Positions 1 to 10,478 are shown, counted from the first letter of the stretch. The stretch: DNA of 64,000 nt from Planctomycetota bacterium (GCA_965228735.1 OZ245838.1:3808001-3872000), one strand, 5' to 3'. Made by a program: numbers and translations. The notes: generated from the letters alone by a model not told the origin.

Positions 1-1659
1 CAGTTCGTACCAGCTCGCGAACTGCTCGAGCGACGGCCGCGGATCACGGCTGCGCACCGCGACGTCGACCGCCTTGGCGAAGTGCTTCTCGAAATCCGTG
101 ACCGCGAGCTTGAGCAGCGCGCGCACGGCGCGGTCGCGCGACTCGAGATCGAGCGTCGGCGCGCGCAGGCCGCGCGTGAGCTCACGCCGCGCCGCGTCCG
201 TCGCCCGCGTTGCGGCGAGGCAGAGACCGAGGTTGACCGCGTCCTCACCGGAGAACAGTCCGGTGAGCGTCGCGAGCGCCGCCGCCACGCCTTCGCCGAC
301 CGGCTCGCCACTGGCCGGCCGCGCCGTGATCGCCGCGGACAGACACTCGAGCAGCGCGCTCTGACCGCGTTCCTGGTCGTTCCATTCCGCGGCGCGCGCG
401 GTCCGTTCCCGCAGGCGCCAGAGTCCGCGCTCGACGAGACGCCACGCCTCCGCGCGTTCGCCCTCCGCGAAGCTCAGCTGCGCCAGGTGCGAGTAGAAGT
501 CGGGGTGACCGTCGACCTCGAGGCCGCGCTGCCACAGCGCGCGGGCCCCCGCGATGTCCTGGTTGCGCGCCCGCAGGATGCCGAGGCTCTCGAGCCCGCG
601 CGGCGACGGCGGGTCGAGCCGTGCCGCGTGCTCGAGCCAGCTTCGCGCGCGGTCCTCGTCCCCCATCGCGGTCAGCTGGTCCGCGACGGCCACGCACGCA
701 TCACCGTCGGCCGGCTGCGCCGTGTAACACCGATCGAGGAAGCGCCGCACGGCATCGCGCTCGAGCCGTCGGCCGTCGTAGGCAACGGCGGCGGTCGCGG
801 TCGCGAGCCGCAGCGCGAGACCGAAGTGCGGATCGAGCGCGAGCGCGTCGGCGAACGGGCGCAGCAGCGGTTCGCGATCGGCGGGGACCGCGATATCGAG
901 GTCGCCGCTGAGCAGCATCGCGTTGTCGAGACCCTGCAGGAACAGGAAGAACGCGGCCGCGGAACGCGTCAGCAGCCCGTGCGGCGGCGTCACGTAGGGC
1001 AGGTCGAGCGCGCGCGCGAGGTGCCGCGTCAGCCGCACGAGCGTCGCCACCGGATCGTCGAACCGCAGCACCGCGCCGATCTTCTCGCTCACGGACCCGG
1101 AATCGCCGAACGCGTCGTCGGACGGGTCGCTGCGGAACACGTGGAATTCGACGCGCAGCCCGCCGTCGACCGGCTCAATCTCGCCGGCGACGACCGCCCG
1201 CACGTCGAGCCCCATCGGCATCAGCGCGAAGACGTCGTCGCGATCCGGCACCTGGTCGAATCGCATCCAGCGCACGGGTCCGTCCTCGACGTCCGTCTGC
1301 AGTTCGAGCATCGCGGTCGGCCCGGGCTCGCCCTGGTTGAGCAGCTGGTGCACGAAGTCCGGCACCCGCCGCGCCGCGAGCCCCGGCCGCAGCAATGCCG
1401 CCGCGTCCTCGCCCGCACCGTTGGCCGTGGCCCCACCGTCCATGTTCCCACCGTCCAGGGCGCCATCATCCAGGGAGCCGCCACCCATGAGGTCCTGACG
1501 CGGCACCGGTTTCGCGCCGTCGTCGCTGGCCGCCCCGTCGCGACTGCCGCGCTGCGGCCCACGACCCGCCCGCCAACGGTCCTCGCCGAGGACCGCGAAC
1601 GGCAGGAACATCACGTCCGGGGCAACGAGCTCGTCACCGGTGCGCGCGCGATCGGTCAT
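1..1659 (-). CDS. Tetratricopeptide-repeat-like helical protein (partial, runs off the left edge)
   Basis: Not in the ORF track. Manual translation from ATG at 1659 (MTDRARTGDELVAPDVMFLPF...) stays open to base 1 with TPR-like segments (ALALDPHFGLALRLA; RARSWLEHAARLDPPSPRGLESLGILRA). The + ORF 82..2217 is its antisense shadow. Confidence 0.7.
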   Translation of the reverse strand, partial: MTDRARTGDELVAPDVMFLPFAVLGEDRWRAGRGPQRGSRDGAASDDGAKPVPRQDLMGGGSLDDGALDGGNMDGGATANGAGEDAAALLRPGLAARRVPDFVHQLLNQGEPGPTAMLELQTDVEDGPVRWMRFDQVPDRDDVFALMPMGLDVRAVVAGEIEPVDGGLRVEFHVFRSDPSDDAFGDSGSVSEKIGAVLRFDDPVATLVRLTRHLARALDLPYVTPPHGLLTRSAAAFFLFLQGLDNAMLLSGDLDIAVPADREPLLRPFADALALDPHFGLALRLATATAAVAYDGRRLERDAVRRFLDRCYTAQPADGDACVAVADQLTAMGDEDRARSWLEHAARLDPPSPRGLESLGILRARNQDIAGARALWQRGLEVDGHPDFYSHLAQLSFAEGERAEAWRLVERGLWRLRERTARAAEWNDQERGQSALLECLSAAITARPASGEPVGEGVAAALATLTGLFSGEDAVNLGLCLAATRATDAARRELTRGLRAPTLDLESRDRAVRALLKLAVTDFEKHFAKAVDVAVRSRDPRPSLEQFASWYEL

Positions 1660-1665
1660 GCAGGA

Positions 1666-2061
<396 letters not shown>

Positions 2062-2180
2062 TTAAGACGCTGGAATCCGAAGTCTCAAGTCCTTCCGCGT
2101 GAAGACCCGACGGTTCGCCGCCCACACCGCCGTTGCGGCCAGGCGTTCTGGCCAGATCGTCGGGTTCGTGCGCGCGGACC

Positions 2181-4016
2181 TCAGCGGACCCGCAGCCCGG
2201 ACGGCATCAGGGCATAGATCCGCGTCCGGCCGTCGCCGGCGAACGCATCCTCGAGCAGCCCGAAGAGCTCCGACTGCCGCAGCCACTTGCCGAGCGCGAG
2301 CCGCAGCACGTCCGCATCGGCGCGCCCGGCGATCCGGGCCTCGAACATCGAGCTGAAGAACGCGTCCGCAAAGCTCTTGGGCTTCGGCACGTGCAGCACC
2401 TCGACGTCGCTCTCGAGCCCGGCCTCGTCGCGCACCATCGCGATCGCGGCATCGACTCCGCCGATCGCATCGACGAGCCCGTTCTCGACGGCCTGTTGGC
2501 CGGACCAGACCCGGCCGCCGGCGATCGCGTCGACGCTCTCGGTCGTCATGCCTCGGGAGCGCCCGACGTGCTGCAGGAAGCGGTCGTAGACGTCGTCGAC
2601 GAAGCCCTGGATCTTCGCCCGGGTCGCCTCGTTCCACGGGCGGTCGGGCGCGTCCATGAGCGGGCCGTCATCGAGCGCGACGATGTCGACGCTGAGGCCG
2701 ACGCGCCGCATCAGCGGGCCGGGCTGCATGCGCAGACCGAACACGCCGATCGAACCCGTGATCGTGCCGACCTCGGCGAGGATCGGGCGACCGATCGCCG
2801 TGATCCAGTAGCCACCGGACGCGGCGAGCTCGCCCATCGAGAACACGACCGGCTTCTTCACTGCCAGGCGCGCGATCGCGAGCCGGATCTCCTCGCTCGC
2901 CGTCGCCGAACCACCCGGCGAGTTGATGCGGACGACGACACCCTTCACGAGCTCGTTGGCCGCGAGCTCGTCGAGCTTCTTGGCCGCGACGCCGGAGACC
3001 ATGCTGCCCGGCTGCGGCGAGTTGCCGTCGACGATCTGGCCCGCGAGGTGCATCACGACGATCTGCGGATCCTCGATGTCCTCTTCCTTGTTCGAGCGCA
3101 GCATCGACGACAGCAGACTCATGATGTCGCGGCGTTGCTTCTTCTTCTTCGGGCCGACGTCGACGAACTCGTGGTCGCGACCGGTGCCGGCCGCGGCAGC
3201 GAACGCGCGCTTCGGTCCCGCCCAGGGCACGATGCGATCCACGAAGCCCGCGGCCTTGGCCTCCGCCGGGGAGAACATGCGCTCCTCCTGCGCGGCCCGA
3301 ACGGCGGTCTCGGGGATCAACCGGCCGGTCGCGATGCGACGCAGGATGTCGCTGTTCATCGACGTGAGCATCGCCTGGTAGTGGCGCTTCAGGTGCTCGC
3401 TCATCGACGAGCGCATGTAGGGCTCGACCGCGCCCTTGAACGCGCCGACGCGCGTCACCTCGACGTCGACGCCGAGCAGGTCGAGCGCGTCCTTCATGTG
3501 CATGACGGACATCGCGGGCGAGCGCAGGTCGAGCCCGCCCATGTCCGCCATCATCACCTCGTCACACTGCGCGGCGATCTGATAGGCGCCGATGCTGCAG
3601 TTCTCGAGGTAGCAGACGACGCGCTTGCCGGTCTTCTGCAGCCGCTGCATCGCGCGCTCGACCTCACGCTGCTGCGCGAGGTTGAGACCGACGCCACCCG
3701 ACAGGTCGAGGAGGACCTCCGTCTCGGAGCGGGCGGCGAGGTTGTCGATCGTCTGGATCAGATCGAAGAACGGCTTGGGCTTGGCGCCACCGCCCGTGAG
3801 CAGGCTCGTGGGGTCGAAGCCCACCTCCGGCAGATCGGCGTACGAGCCGGCGATGCGCAGGAACGGCACCTTCTGCGGCGCGGTCTCGACGGCCGCCTCG
3901 GGTGCTGCCGAAGCCGGCTTGCCGTCGAGCCCGGGTTGGGAGGCGTTCTGGGCCGTGGCCGGAGCAGCGAGGAGGGCGAGCGACGACGTCGCGACAGCGG
4001 TGAGGAATATGCGCAT
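2181..4016 (-). CDS. sppA: Signal peptide peptidase SppA (S49, two-domain form)
   Basis: VVRINSPGGSATAS, SMGELAASGGYWI, TITGSIGVFG and GGRVWSGQQAVENGLVDAIGG motifs. N-terminal signal peptide from ATG 4016. Confidence 0.92.
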   Translation of the reverse strand: MRIFLTAVATSSLALLAAPATAQNASQPGLDGKPASAAPEAAVETAPQKVPFLRIAGSYADLPEVGFDPTSLLTGGGAKPKPFFDLIQTIDNLAARSETEVLLDLSGGVGLNLAQQREVERAMQRLQKTGKRVVCYLENCSIGAYQIAAQCDEVMMADMGGLDLRSPAMSVMHMKDALDLLGVDVEVTRVGAFKGAVEPYMRSSMSEHLKRHYQAMLTSMNSDILRRIATGRLIPETAVRAAQEERMFSPAEAKAAGFVDRIVPWAGPKRAFAAAAGTGRDHEFVDVGPKKKKQRRDIMSLLSSMLRSNKEEDIEDPQIVVMHLAGQIVDGNSPQPGSMVSGVAAKKLDELAANELVKGVVVRINSPGGSATASEEIRLAIARLAVKKPVVFSMGELAASGGYWITAIGRPILAEVGTITGSIGVFGLRMQPGPLMRRVGLSVDIVALDDGPLMDAPDRPWNEATRAKIQGFVDDVYDRFLQHVGRSRGMTTESVDAIAGGRVWSGQQAVENGLVDAIGGVDAAIAMVRDEAGLESDVEVLHVPKPKSFADAFFSSMFEARIAGRADADVLRLALGKWLRQSELFGLLEDAFAGDGRTRIYALMPSGLRVR

Positions 4017-4167
4017 GAGGACCCGTAGGTGGCCGGCCGGCGGCGCGATCTGTCTCGGCTGCCCGAACATCCGTCGCCCGCCCGCAAACCCGGCGCTCAC
4101 CGGCAGATCCGCACCCCGGCCGAGGGCGCCATGCATCCCCGCGCCAGCACCGGGCGAAGGCGTTCGC

Positions 4168-4788
4168 ATGCCCAAGAAGCGCGCGCTCTCGCTCACCGCC
4201 CTCGCCCTCACTCTGCTCGTCGTCGGCGTCGTCCCACTCGGCTGCTCGACCACCTACGACCGCCGCGACCCGACGGGCGAGGTGTTCCCGACCGTGACCG
4301 GGCAGACGCTGGACGGTCGCGCCGTGGAGCTGCCGACGATCGGCGACGGGGCGCCGCTGCTGCTGCTCGTCGGCTACGACCAGGACGCGCAGTTCGACAT
4401 CGACCGCTGGCTCTACGGTCTGACGCAGGCCGAGGTCGCGGTGCGGTTCTTCGAGGTCCCGACGCTGCCGGGCCTGATCCCGGGCCTGCTCGCGAACACG
4501 ATCGACGGCGGCATGCGGCGCGGGATTCCCGAAGAGGACTGGGGACTCGTCGTGACCCTGTACGACGAGGCCGAGCCAGTCGCGCGCTTCACCGGCAACG
4601 CCGACGGACTGACGGGCCGCGTCCTGCTCCTCGATGGGGCCGGTCGCGTCGCGTTCTTCCACGATCGTGGCTACTCCGTCGGGACGCTGCAGCGGCTGCG
4701 CGACGTGCTGGCGACGCTCGAAGGCGCCATGGACCGCGACCCGGGCGCGAAGAAAACTGCCGGGAAGAAAACTGCCGGTTCGAGGTAA
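4168..4788 (+). CDS. Putative lipoprotein with thioredoxin-like fold (no CxxC)
   Basis: MPKKRALSL...VPLGC lipobox; FPTVTGQTLDGRAVELP...RVLLLDGAGRVAFFH resembles redoxin-like folds. Confidence 0.6.
   Translation: MPKKRALSLTALALTLLVVGVVPLGCSTTYDRRDPTGEVFPTVTGQTLDGRAVELPTIGDGAPLLLLVGYDQDAQFDIDRWLYGLTQAEVAVRFFEVPTLPGLIPGLLANTIDGGMRRGIPEEDWGLVVTLYDEAEPVARFTGNADGLTGRVLLLDGAGRVAFFHDRGYSVGTLQRLRDVLATLEGAMDRDPGAKKTAGKKTAGSR
4749..4778 (+). repeat. Perfect 15-bp tandem duplication GAAGAAAACTGCCGG x2 (encodes KKTAG twice)
   Basis: Read directly from the sequence at the 3' end of the lipoprotein gene. Confidence 0.9.
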
Positions 4789-4822
4789 GGCGCGAGGGCG
4801 CCATGTTGTCGGACCGGTCGAG

Positions 4823-5158
4823 ATGACAGCCAAGACCGACACGTTCCTTCACCCCTCCACCGCTTCCTTCGACGCCGACGTCCTGCAGAGCGACGTGCCC
4901 GTGCTGGTCGACTTCTACGCCGACTGGTGCGGCCCCTGCCAGGTGCTGAAGCCCAGCGTCGAGGCGCTCGCCGAGTCGCTGCAGGGCCGCGCGCGCATCG
5001 CGTTCGTCGACGTCGATCAGCAGCCCGAGCTCGCGGCGCGTTTCGGGATCCAGTCGATCCCGGCCCTGCGGGTGTTCGAGAACGGCGAGCTCCAGGCCAC
5101 CGCGAACGGCGCGCTGCGACCGGCCGAGCTCGCCGAGTTCGTCGATCAGAACGTCTGA
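4823..5158 (+). CDS. trxA: Thioredoxin
   Basis: VLVDFYADWCGPC active site and FGIQSIP cis-Pro loop; ATG 4823. Confidence 0.95.
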   Translation: MTAKTDTFLHPSTASFDADVLQSDVPVLVDFYADWCGPCQVLKPSVEALAESLQGRARIAFVDVDQQPELAARFGIQSIPALRVFENGELQATANGALRPAELAEFVDQNV

Positions 5159-5178
5159 TCCGACGGCCGACCGCCATG

Positions 5179-5204
5179 GGAACCCGGCGCCCGGACCCGT
5201 CGTA
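5179..5204 (+). promoter_or_regulatory. Putative ECF-sigma promoter GGAAC-N17-CGTA
   Basis: GGAAC at 5179-5183, 17-nt spacer, CGTA at 5201-5204, directly upstream of the ECF sigma gene; matches the general ECF AAC...CGT consensus. Confidence 0.55.
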
Positions 5205-5280
5205 TCGCACGGGACGACCACGAGCCGGGTCCGAACGAACGGGCACCCCGATCGCCAGACCGCCAGGCCACGAAACCAAC

Positions 5281-5898
5281 ATGACCGCCGAACGCACGGA
5301 CGACGACTGGCTGACCGCGCTGCGCGCGCGGGACGAGAGCGCGTTGCGCGATCTCGAGCAGCTGCTGCGTCGCGGCCTGCGCCGCGCGCTCGCGCGGCGG
5401 GGCAAGGTGCGCGAAGAGGATGTCGAGGACTTCGCGCAGGACGCGATCCTGCGCGTGCTCGACAACCTCGAATCGTTCGCCGGGCGCAGCAGGTTCACGA
5501 CGTGGGCGCACGGCATCGCGGTGAACGTCGCGCTGACCGAGCTGCGCCGGCGCCGCTGGCGCGACGTCTCGCTCGATGCCGGTGATGGCGGCGATGACCG
5601 CAAGGCGGATCCCGTCGCCACGGTGACCGACCCCGGCGACTCGGTGGCGCTGACGGAGATCCTCGACATCCTGCGCGACGCGCTGCGCGACGATCTCACC
5701 GATCGGCAACGCACCGCGATCACGATGCTGCTCGAGGGCGCGCCGTTCGTCGCGATCGCCGATCGCCTCGGGATGAACCTCAACGCGCTCTACAAACTCG
5801 CGCACGACGCGCGCCTCCGCATTAAACACACGTTCGCCTCCGCGGGCTTCGAAGACCGCGATATCACCAGCCGCCTCGCCGCGGCCCGAGCGTCATGA
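5281..5898 (+). CDS. ECF RNA polymerase sigma factor
   Basis: Region 2 (DVEDFAQDAILRV...FAGRSRFTTWAHGIAVN) and region 4 HTH (IADRLGMNLNALYKLAHDARLRI); ATG 5281. Confidence 0.92.
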   Translation: MTAERTDDDWLTALRARDESALRDLEQLLRRGLRRALARRGKVREEDVEDFAQDAILRVLDNLESFAGRSRFTTWAHGIAVNVALTELRRRRWRDVSLDAGDGGDDRKADPVATVTDPGDSVALTEILDILRDALRDDLTDRQRTAITMLLEGAPFVAIADRLGMNLNALYKLAHDARLRIKHTFASAGFEDRDITSRLAAARAS

Positions 5899-6212
5899 CC
5901 GAAGACCGAGAACTCCACCGTAAGCTCGAGCTGCTGGCGCAGGTGCTGACCAACACCAGCCCGGACGAGCCGCTCTGCAACGACATCGTCGCCGAGCTCT
6001 GCGCGTATCACGACGCGGTGCGGAGCGGCGCCGAGCTCACGCCCGAGCAACGGCGGCTGCAGCTGCACCTCGGCCGCTGCACCGACTGCACCGAGGCACT
6101 CGACATGCTGCGCGATGCGTGCGAAGCGTGTGACGAGCCGGATGAGGACGAGCGCGACGACGACGAGCCCGGCGAGGACGAGCGCAACGAGGACGAGAGG
6201 ACCGATCGATGA
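5895..6212 (+). CDS. Zinc-binding (ZAS, zf-HC2-like) anti-sigma factor
   Basis: HLGRCTDC = HxxxCxxC plus an upstream Cys (PLCNDIV); ATGA overlap with the ECF gene; acidic repetitive tail. Confidence 0.78.
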   Translation: MTEDRELHRKLELLAQVLTNTSPDEPLCNDIVAELCAYHDAVRSGAELTPEQRRLQLHLGRCTDCTEALDMLRDACEACDEPDEDERDDDEPGEDERNEDERTDR

Positions 6213-6814
6213 CCCGACCCGTCAGCGACATCGCGTTCACGGCGGCCGTGAAGGCCGCACAGGAACGCCTCGGTTCGCGCCGCGGCTACGCGAGCATGGA
6301 GCGGCGCGGCGGCTGGAGCGCCACGATCACGCCCGACCTCGCGGCGTTCGTCGCGGAGCGCGACTCGTTCTACCTCGCGACGGCGACGAAGGACGGCCAG
6401 CCCTACATCCAGCACCGCGGCGGCCCCGCGGGGTTCCTGAAGGTGCTGGACGACAAGCGGCTCGCGTTCGCCGACTTCAGCGGCAACCAGCAGTTCATCT
6501 CGATGGGCAACCTCAGCGAGAACGACCGCGCGTTCCTCTTCCTCATGGACTACGCCAATCGGCAACGCATCAAGATCTGGGGCCGCGCCGAATTCGTCGA
6601 GGACGACCCCGAGCTGCTCGCGCAGGTCACCGACCCCGACTACGCCGGCAAACCACAGCGGGTTCTCGTCTTTCACGTCGAGGCGTGGGACGTGAACTGC
6701 CCGCAGCACATCACCCAGCGCTTCACGCACCAGGACATCGCGGCGCGCGAACGGAAGTTGCGCGATCGCATCGCCGAGCTCGAGGCCGAGAACGCCGAGC
6801 TGCGCGCCGGCTGA
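6209..6814 (+). CDS. Pyridoxamine 5'-phosphate oxidase-like FMN-binding protein
   Basis: DIAFTAAVKAAQERLGSR, PYIQHRGGPAGFLKVLD, FADFSGNQQFISMGNL, WDVNCPQHI. Confidence 0.88.
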   Translation: MTRPVSDIAFTAAVKAAQERLGSRRGYASMERRGGWSATITPDLAAFVAERDSFYLATATKDGQPYIQHRGGPAGFLKVLDDKRLAFADFSGNQQFISMGNLSENDRAFLFLMDYANRQRIKIWGRAEFVEDDPELLAQVTDPDYAGKPQRVLVFHVEAWDVNCPQHITQRFTHQDIAARERKLRDRIAELEAENAELRAG

Positions 6815-6865
6815 TCAGCGGGCGCGGCCGTTGGATGGCGGGACGTGCCCGTTAGGCTATGCCGC

Positions 6866-7384
6866 GTGGACACCCCCCCGCCATTGCCGTCGCCTGCCGC
6901 CGCGAACGTCCGCATGCCCGGCGTCATCAAGGGCGCACTCGCACTGCAGGTCGCCGGCATCGTCGTGTCGATCGTCAGCACGGTCATGCTGTTGCTCGAC
7001 CCCGAACAGATCGAGGCGATCCTGGAGTCGGATCCCGACGCACCCGAGTTCGTCCGCACCGCGGCGATGATCGGCGGAGTCATCGGCGGCATGATCGCGA
7101 TCGGGCTCAACGGCCTCGCGTTGTTCGGCACCTGGCGCGGAATCCACGTGATCCGCATCCTGTGGACCGTCCTGGCAGGCATCGGACTCCTCATGGTGCC
7201 GATCGGCCTGTTCGCCGACGAACTGCTGCCGCCGGACGAGAACATGCCGCCGATGCCCGACATGACGGCCGACCCGCTGGCCATCGCGCAGATGGCGATC
7301 AACACGCTCGCGATCGTGCTCATCTGGCTGCCGCCGGCCAAGCCGTGGTTTGCCGAGAACCGCCGGCGTGGGCCGGGGCTCTGA
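6866..7384 (+). CDS. Hypothetical membrane protein (about 4 TM helices)
   Basis: Four hydrophobic segments; start GTG 6866 lies 7 nt after TAGGCT. Confidence 0.65.
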   Translation: MDTPPPLPSPAAANVRMPGVIKGALALQVAGIVVSIVSTVMLLLDPEQIEAILESDPDAPEFVRTAAMIGGVIGGMIAIGLNGLALFGTWRGIHVIRILWTVLAGIGLLMVPIGLFADELLPPDENMPPMPDMTADPLAIAQMAINTLAIVLIWLPPAKPWFAENRRRGPGL

Positions 7385-7480
7385 GCACGGTTGCTCGTGG
7401 AGCGAGCGAACGTGCTCGGTTCGGAGGCCTGAGTCGTTCGCCTATGGCCGACACCGCGCGGCCGCGGCTACCGTTCGGGC

Positions 7481-8902
7481 ATGACGCTCCACCCCGCCGC
7501 GACGCTCCTCGCCGCGACCGTTCTGGCGATCGCCGGCCACGCGCAGTCGCCCGCCATCGCCGGACCACCGGACCCGAAACGCCCGAACTGGGACCAGGGT
7601 TACGAGGTCCCCCGCACCCCGGCCGTGCTCGATTCGCGCGCGCGCGCCGACGTCGTCAACCGCCTGCTGCGCGAACGCCTCGACGACCTGCTGCCGCAGC
7701 TCATGCGCGCGACCGGGCTCGACATGTGGGTCGTGATCAACCGCGAGTACAATGAGGACCCCGTCTACCTGACCCTCGTGCCCGAACCGGTGTTCGCCGC
7801 GCGGCGCACGACGATCCTCGTGTTCTTCGATCGCGGCATCGCCGACGACGGCACCGATCACGGTGTCGAGCGGCTGACCGTGAGCCGCTACGGGCTCGGC
7901 GACGTCTACGAGAGCGCGTGGGACGGCGGCCCCGCCGAAGCCCAGTGGCAGCGACTCGCCGCGATCGTGCGCGAGCGTGACCCGCAACGCATCGGGATCA
8001 ACACGAGCGCGCACTGGGCGTTCGGCGACGGATTGAGCAGCGCGCTGCATCGACTGCTGCGGCAGGCGCTCGGCGATCTCGCGGATCGGTTGACATCGGC
8101 GGAAGCGCTCTGCATCCGCTGGCTCGAGACGCGCACCGCGGCCGAGCTCGAGATCTACCCGCAGGTCGTGCAGCTCGCCCGCAGCGCGATCGCCGAGGCG
8201 TTCTCCAACCGCGTGATCACTCCCGGCGTCACCACGACCGACGACGTCTACTGGTACCTTCGCGAACGCTATCGCGAGCTCGGCCTGCCGATCTGGTTCC
8301 AGCCCTACTGCAACGTCCAACGCTTCGACCCCGACCGCGACCCGAGCGCCGACGCCGACGACCCGTTCCTCGGCGCGCCACACACGGTGATCCGGCGCGG
8401 CGACATCCTGCACACCGACGTCGGCATCCGCTATCTGCGGCTCGCGACGGACACGCAGGAGATGGGCTACGTGCTGCGCGCCGACGAGGCGGACGTGCCG
8501 CAAGGTCTGCAGGACGCGATGCGAGCCGGCAACCGCTGGCAGGACCTGCTGACGAGCTCGTTCGTCGCCGGTCGCACGGGCAACGAGATCCTCGCGGCGA
8601 CGCTGAAGAAGTGCGCGTCCGAGGGCATCCGCGCGAGCATCTACACCCACCCGCTCGGCCACCACGGTCATGGTGCTGGCCCGACGATCGGCATGTGGGA
8701 CAACCAGGGGCCGACCCCGGTGCGCGGCGACTGGCCGCTGCACGCCGACACGTGCTACGCGATCGAGGGCAACATCAAGGTCCGGCTGCCCGAGTGGAAC
8801 GGGCAATGGGTGCAGATCAAACTCGAGCAGGACGCGTGGTTCGACGGCGAGAACGTGACCTTCATCGGCGGCCGCCAGACCCGCTGGCACGTCGTCCGGT
8901 GA
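7481..8902 (+). CDS. Xaa-Pro aminopeptidase-like M24 metallopeptidase, exported
   Basis: GDILHTDVGIRY, TDTQEMGY, YTHPLGHHGHGAGP and YAIEGN metal-ligand motifs; signal peptide. Confidence 0.88.
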   Translation: MTLHPAATLLAATVLAIAGHAQSPAIAGPPDPKRPNWDQGYEVPRTPAVLDSRARADVVNRLLRERLDDLLPQLMRATGLDMWVVINREYNEDPVYLTLVPEPVFAARRTTILVFFDRGIADDGTDHGVERLTVSRYGLGDVYESAWDGGPAEAQWQRLAAIVRERDPQRIGINTSAHWAFGDGLSSALHRLLRQALGDLADRLTSAEALCIRWLETRTAAELEIYPQVVQLARSAIAEAFSNRVITPGVTTTDDVYWYLRERYRELGLPIWFQPYCNVQRFDPDRDPSADADDPFLGAPHTVIRRGDILHTDVGIRYLRLATDTQEMGYVLRADEADVPQGLQDAMRAGNRWQDLLTSSFVAGRTGNEILAATLKKCASEGIRASIYTHPLGHHGHGAGPTIGMWDNQGPTPVRGDWPLHADTCYAIEGNIKVRLPEWNGQWVQIKLEQDAWFDGENVTFIGGRQTRWHVVR

Positions 8903-8921
8903 ACGCACGGGTGCCGGGCAT

Positions 8922-10478
8922 TCACGTCGCGCCCAGCGCTCGCACCGTCGCGAGCGTGTCGGCCTGCGCGGGGTTCTTGTCCTCGCGATAGCCCCGCACC
9001 CGCGCGAATCGAAGCGCGACACCGCCGGGGTACTGCGAACTCGTCTGCACGCCGTCGAGCGCGATCTCGACGACGAGCTCGGGCCGAACGTGGACGACGT
9101 GGCCGTCGCGGCACGTCTCACGCGCCAGCAGTTCGCGGGTCTGCCACGCGAGCAGTTCGTCCGTGAGGCCCTTGAAGGTCTTGCCGAGCATCACGAACCC
9201 CGTCTCGGCGTCGGCCTCGGCATCGGCGCGCGCGCCGAGCCACAGGTTGGACAACGTGCCCTCCCGGCGCCCGGAACCCCACTCGGCGGCGAGCACGACG
9301 AGATCGAGCGTGTGGGCCGGCTTGATCTTGAGCCAGCCCGAACCTCGCCGCCCGGCCTCGTAACGCGTGGCCTCGGCCTTGGCGAGCACCCCCTCGTGCC
9401 CGGCCGCGAGCGCGGCGTCGTAGAACCGTTCGGCAGCCTCGGCGTCGGCCGCCGACACCAGCACCTGCGGCACGAGGTTGCCAGCCGGCACGACCGCGAC
9501 GAGCGCCACGCGCCGCGCGGTCAATTCCCGGTCGAACACGTCGTCCCCGTCCCGGTGCAGACAATCGAAGAAGAACGGCGTCAACGGCAACGTCGCTCGC
9601 ATCGCCGCGACGTCGAGCCGCCGACCGAAGCGCCGCATCGTGACCTGGAACGGCCGCGGCCGACCGTCGTCCGCGAGCGCCAGCACCTCGCCGTCGAGGA
9701 CGAGGCGGTCGGCCGGCAGTTCGCGAGCCAGCTGCACGACCTCGGGCACGGCCCCCGTGACCTCACGCAGATGGCGCGTGAACACCCGCACCCGGTCACC
9801 GGCCTTGTGCACCTGGATGCGCGCACCGTCGAGCTTGTGCTCGAGCGCGACCGGACCGGCGAGCCGCGCGAGCGCATCCGCGACATCGACAGCCGTCTGC
9901 GCGAGCATCGGCTCGAGCGGCCGGAACAGTTCGAGCCGAACCGCGGCGAGCCGCGCCGATCCGGCCCGCGCGAGCTCGGCGACCCGATCCAGCCGTCCCG
10001 TGAGCATCGCCGCGCGGTGGACCGCGGCGACGTCGACCTCGAACGCGCGGGCGATGGCCTCGCGCATCAGCCCCGCGACCGCACCCTGCCGCAACTCGCC
10101 GCCGACGAGTCGCAGCAGGAAGTCCTGCCCCGATTCGGTGGCCGCGGCGAGCAGCGCCGTGAGCTCGGCCTGCTTGCGACCCTTCGAACCGGACCCGGTC
10201 GCGTCGCGCACGCGCTGCAGCGCAGCGTCGACGGCCGCCAACGCGAGCTCGGCCCCATCCGCAGCGCTTGGCTCCGGCGTCGCCAGACTGCGCAGAGCCG
10301 CCGGCCCGACCCCGAGCTTGCCCTGCGGGACCTCACCCGCGAGGTAGGCAACCGCGAGCGCCAATGAGTCATCGGCCGCAGCCGCGCGCAGCAGCGGGAC
10401 GAGGGCCTCGAGCTTCTGGAGCCGCGACCGCGTCGCGCGCACCCGTTCCGCGGCCTCTACGAGAGTCTGGAATTGCAC
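8922..10478 (-). CDS. ATP-dependent DNA ligase (LigB-like, with N-terminal DNA-binding domain)
   Basis: EHKLDGARIQVHK (KxDG motif I), LDGEV, FFFDCL, EGVLAK, WLKIK, ALRFARV; GTG 10478 preceded by GGAGG. Confidence 0.93.
   Translation of the reverse strand: MQFQTLVEAAERVRATRSRLQKLEALVPLLRAAAADDSLALAVAYLAGEVPQGKLGVGPAALRSLATPEPSAADGAELALAAVDAALQRVRDATGSGSKGRKQAELTALLAAATESGQDFLLRLVGGELRQGAVAGLMREAIARAFEVDVAAVHRAAMLTGRLDRVAELARAGSARLAAVRLELFRPLEPMLAQTAVDVADALARLAGPVALEHKLDGARIQVHKAGDRVRVFTRHLREVTGAVPEVVQLARELPADRLVLDGEVLALADDGRPRPFQVTMRRFGRRLDVAAMRATLPLTPFFFDCLHRDGDDVFDRELTARRVALVAVVPAGNLVPQVLVSAADAEAAERFYDAALAAGHEGVLAKAEATRYEAGRRGSGWLKIKPAHTLDLVVLAAEWGSGRREGTLSNLWLGARADAEADAETGFVMLGKTFKGLTDELLAWQTRELLARETCRDGHVVHVRPELVVEIALDGVQTSSQYPGGVALRFARVRGYREDKNPAQADTLATVRALGAT

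Noticed and set aside
6130..6205. Acidic DEPxEDER repeats in the anti-sigma tail
   Set aside because: A low-complexity slippage repeat with no evidence of separate function.
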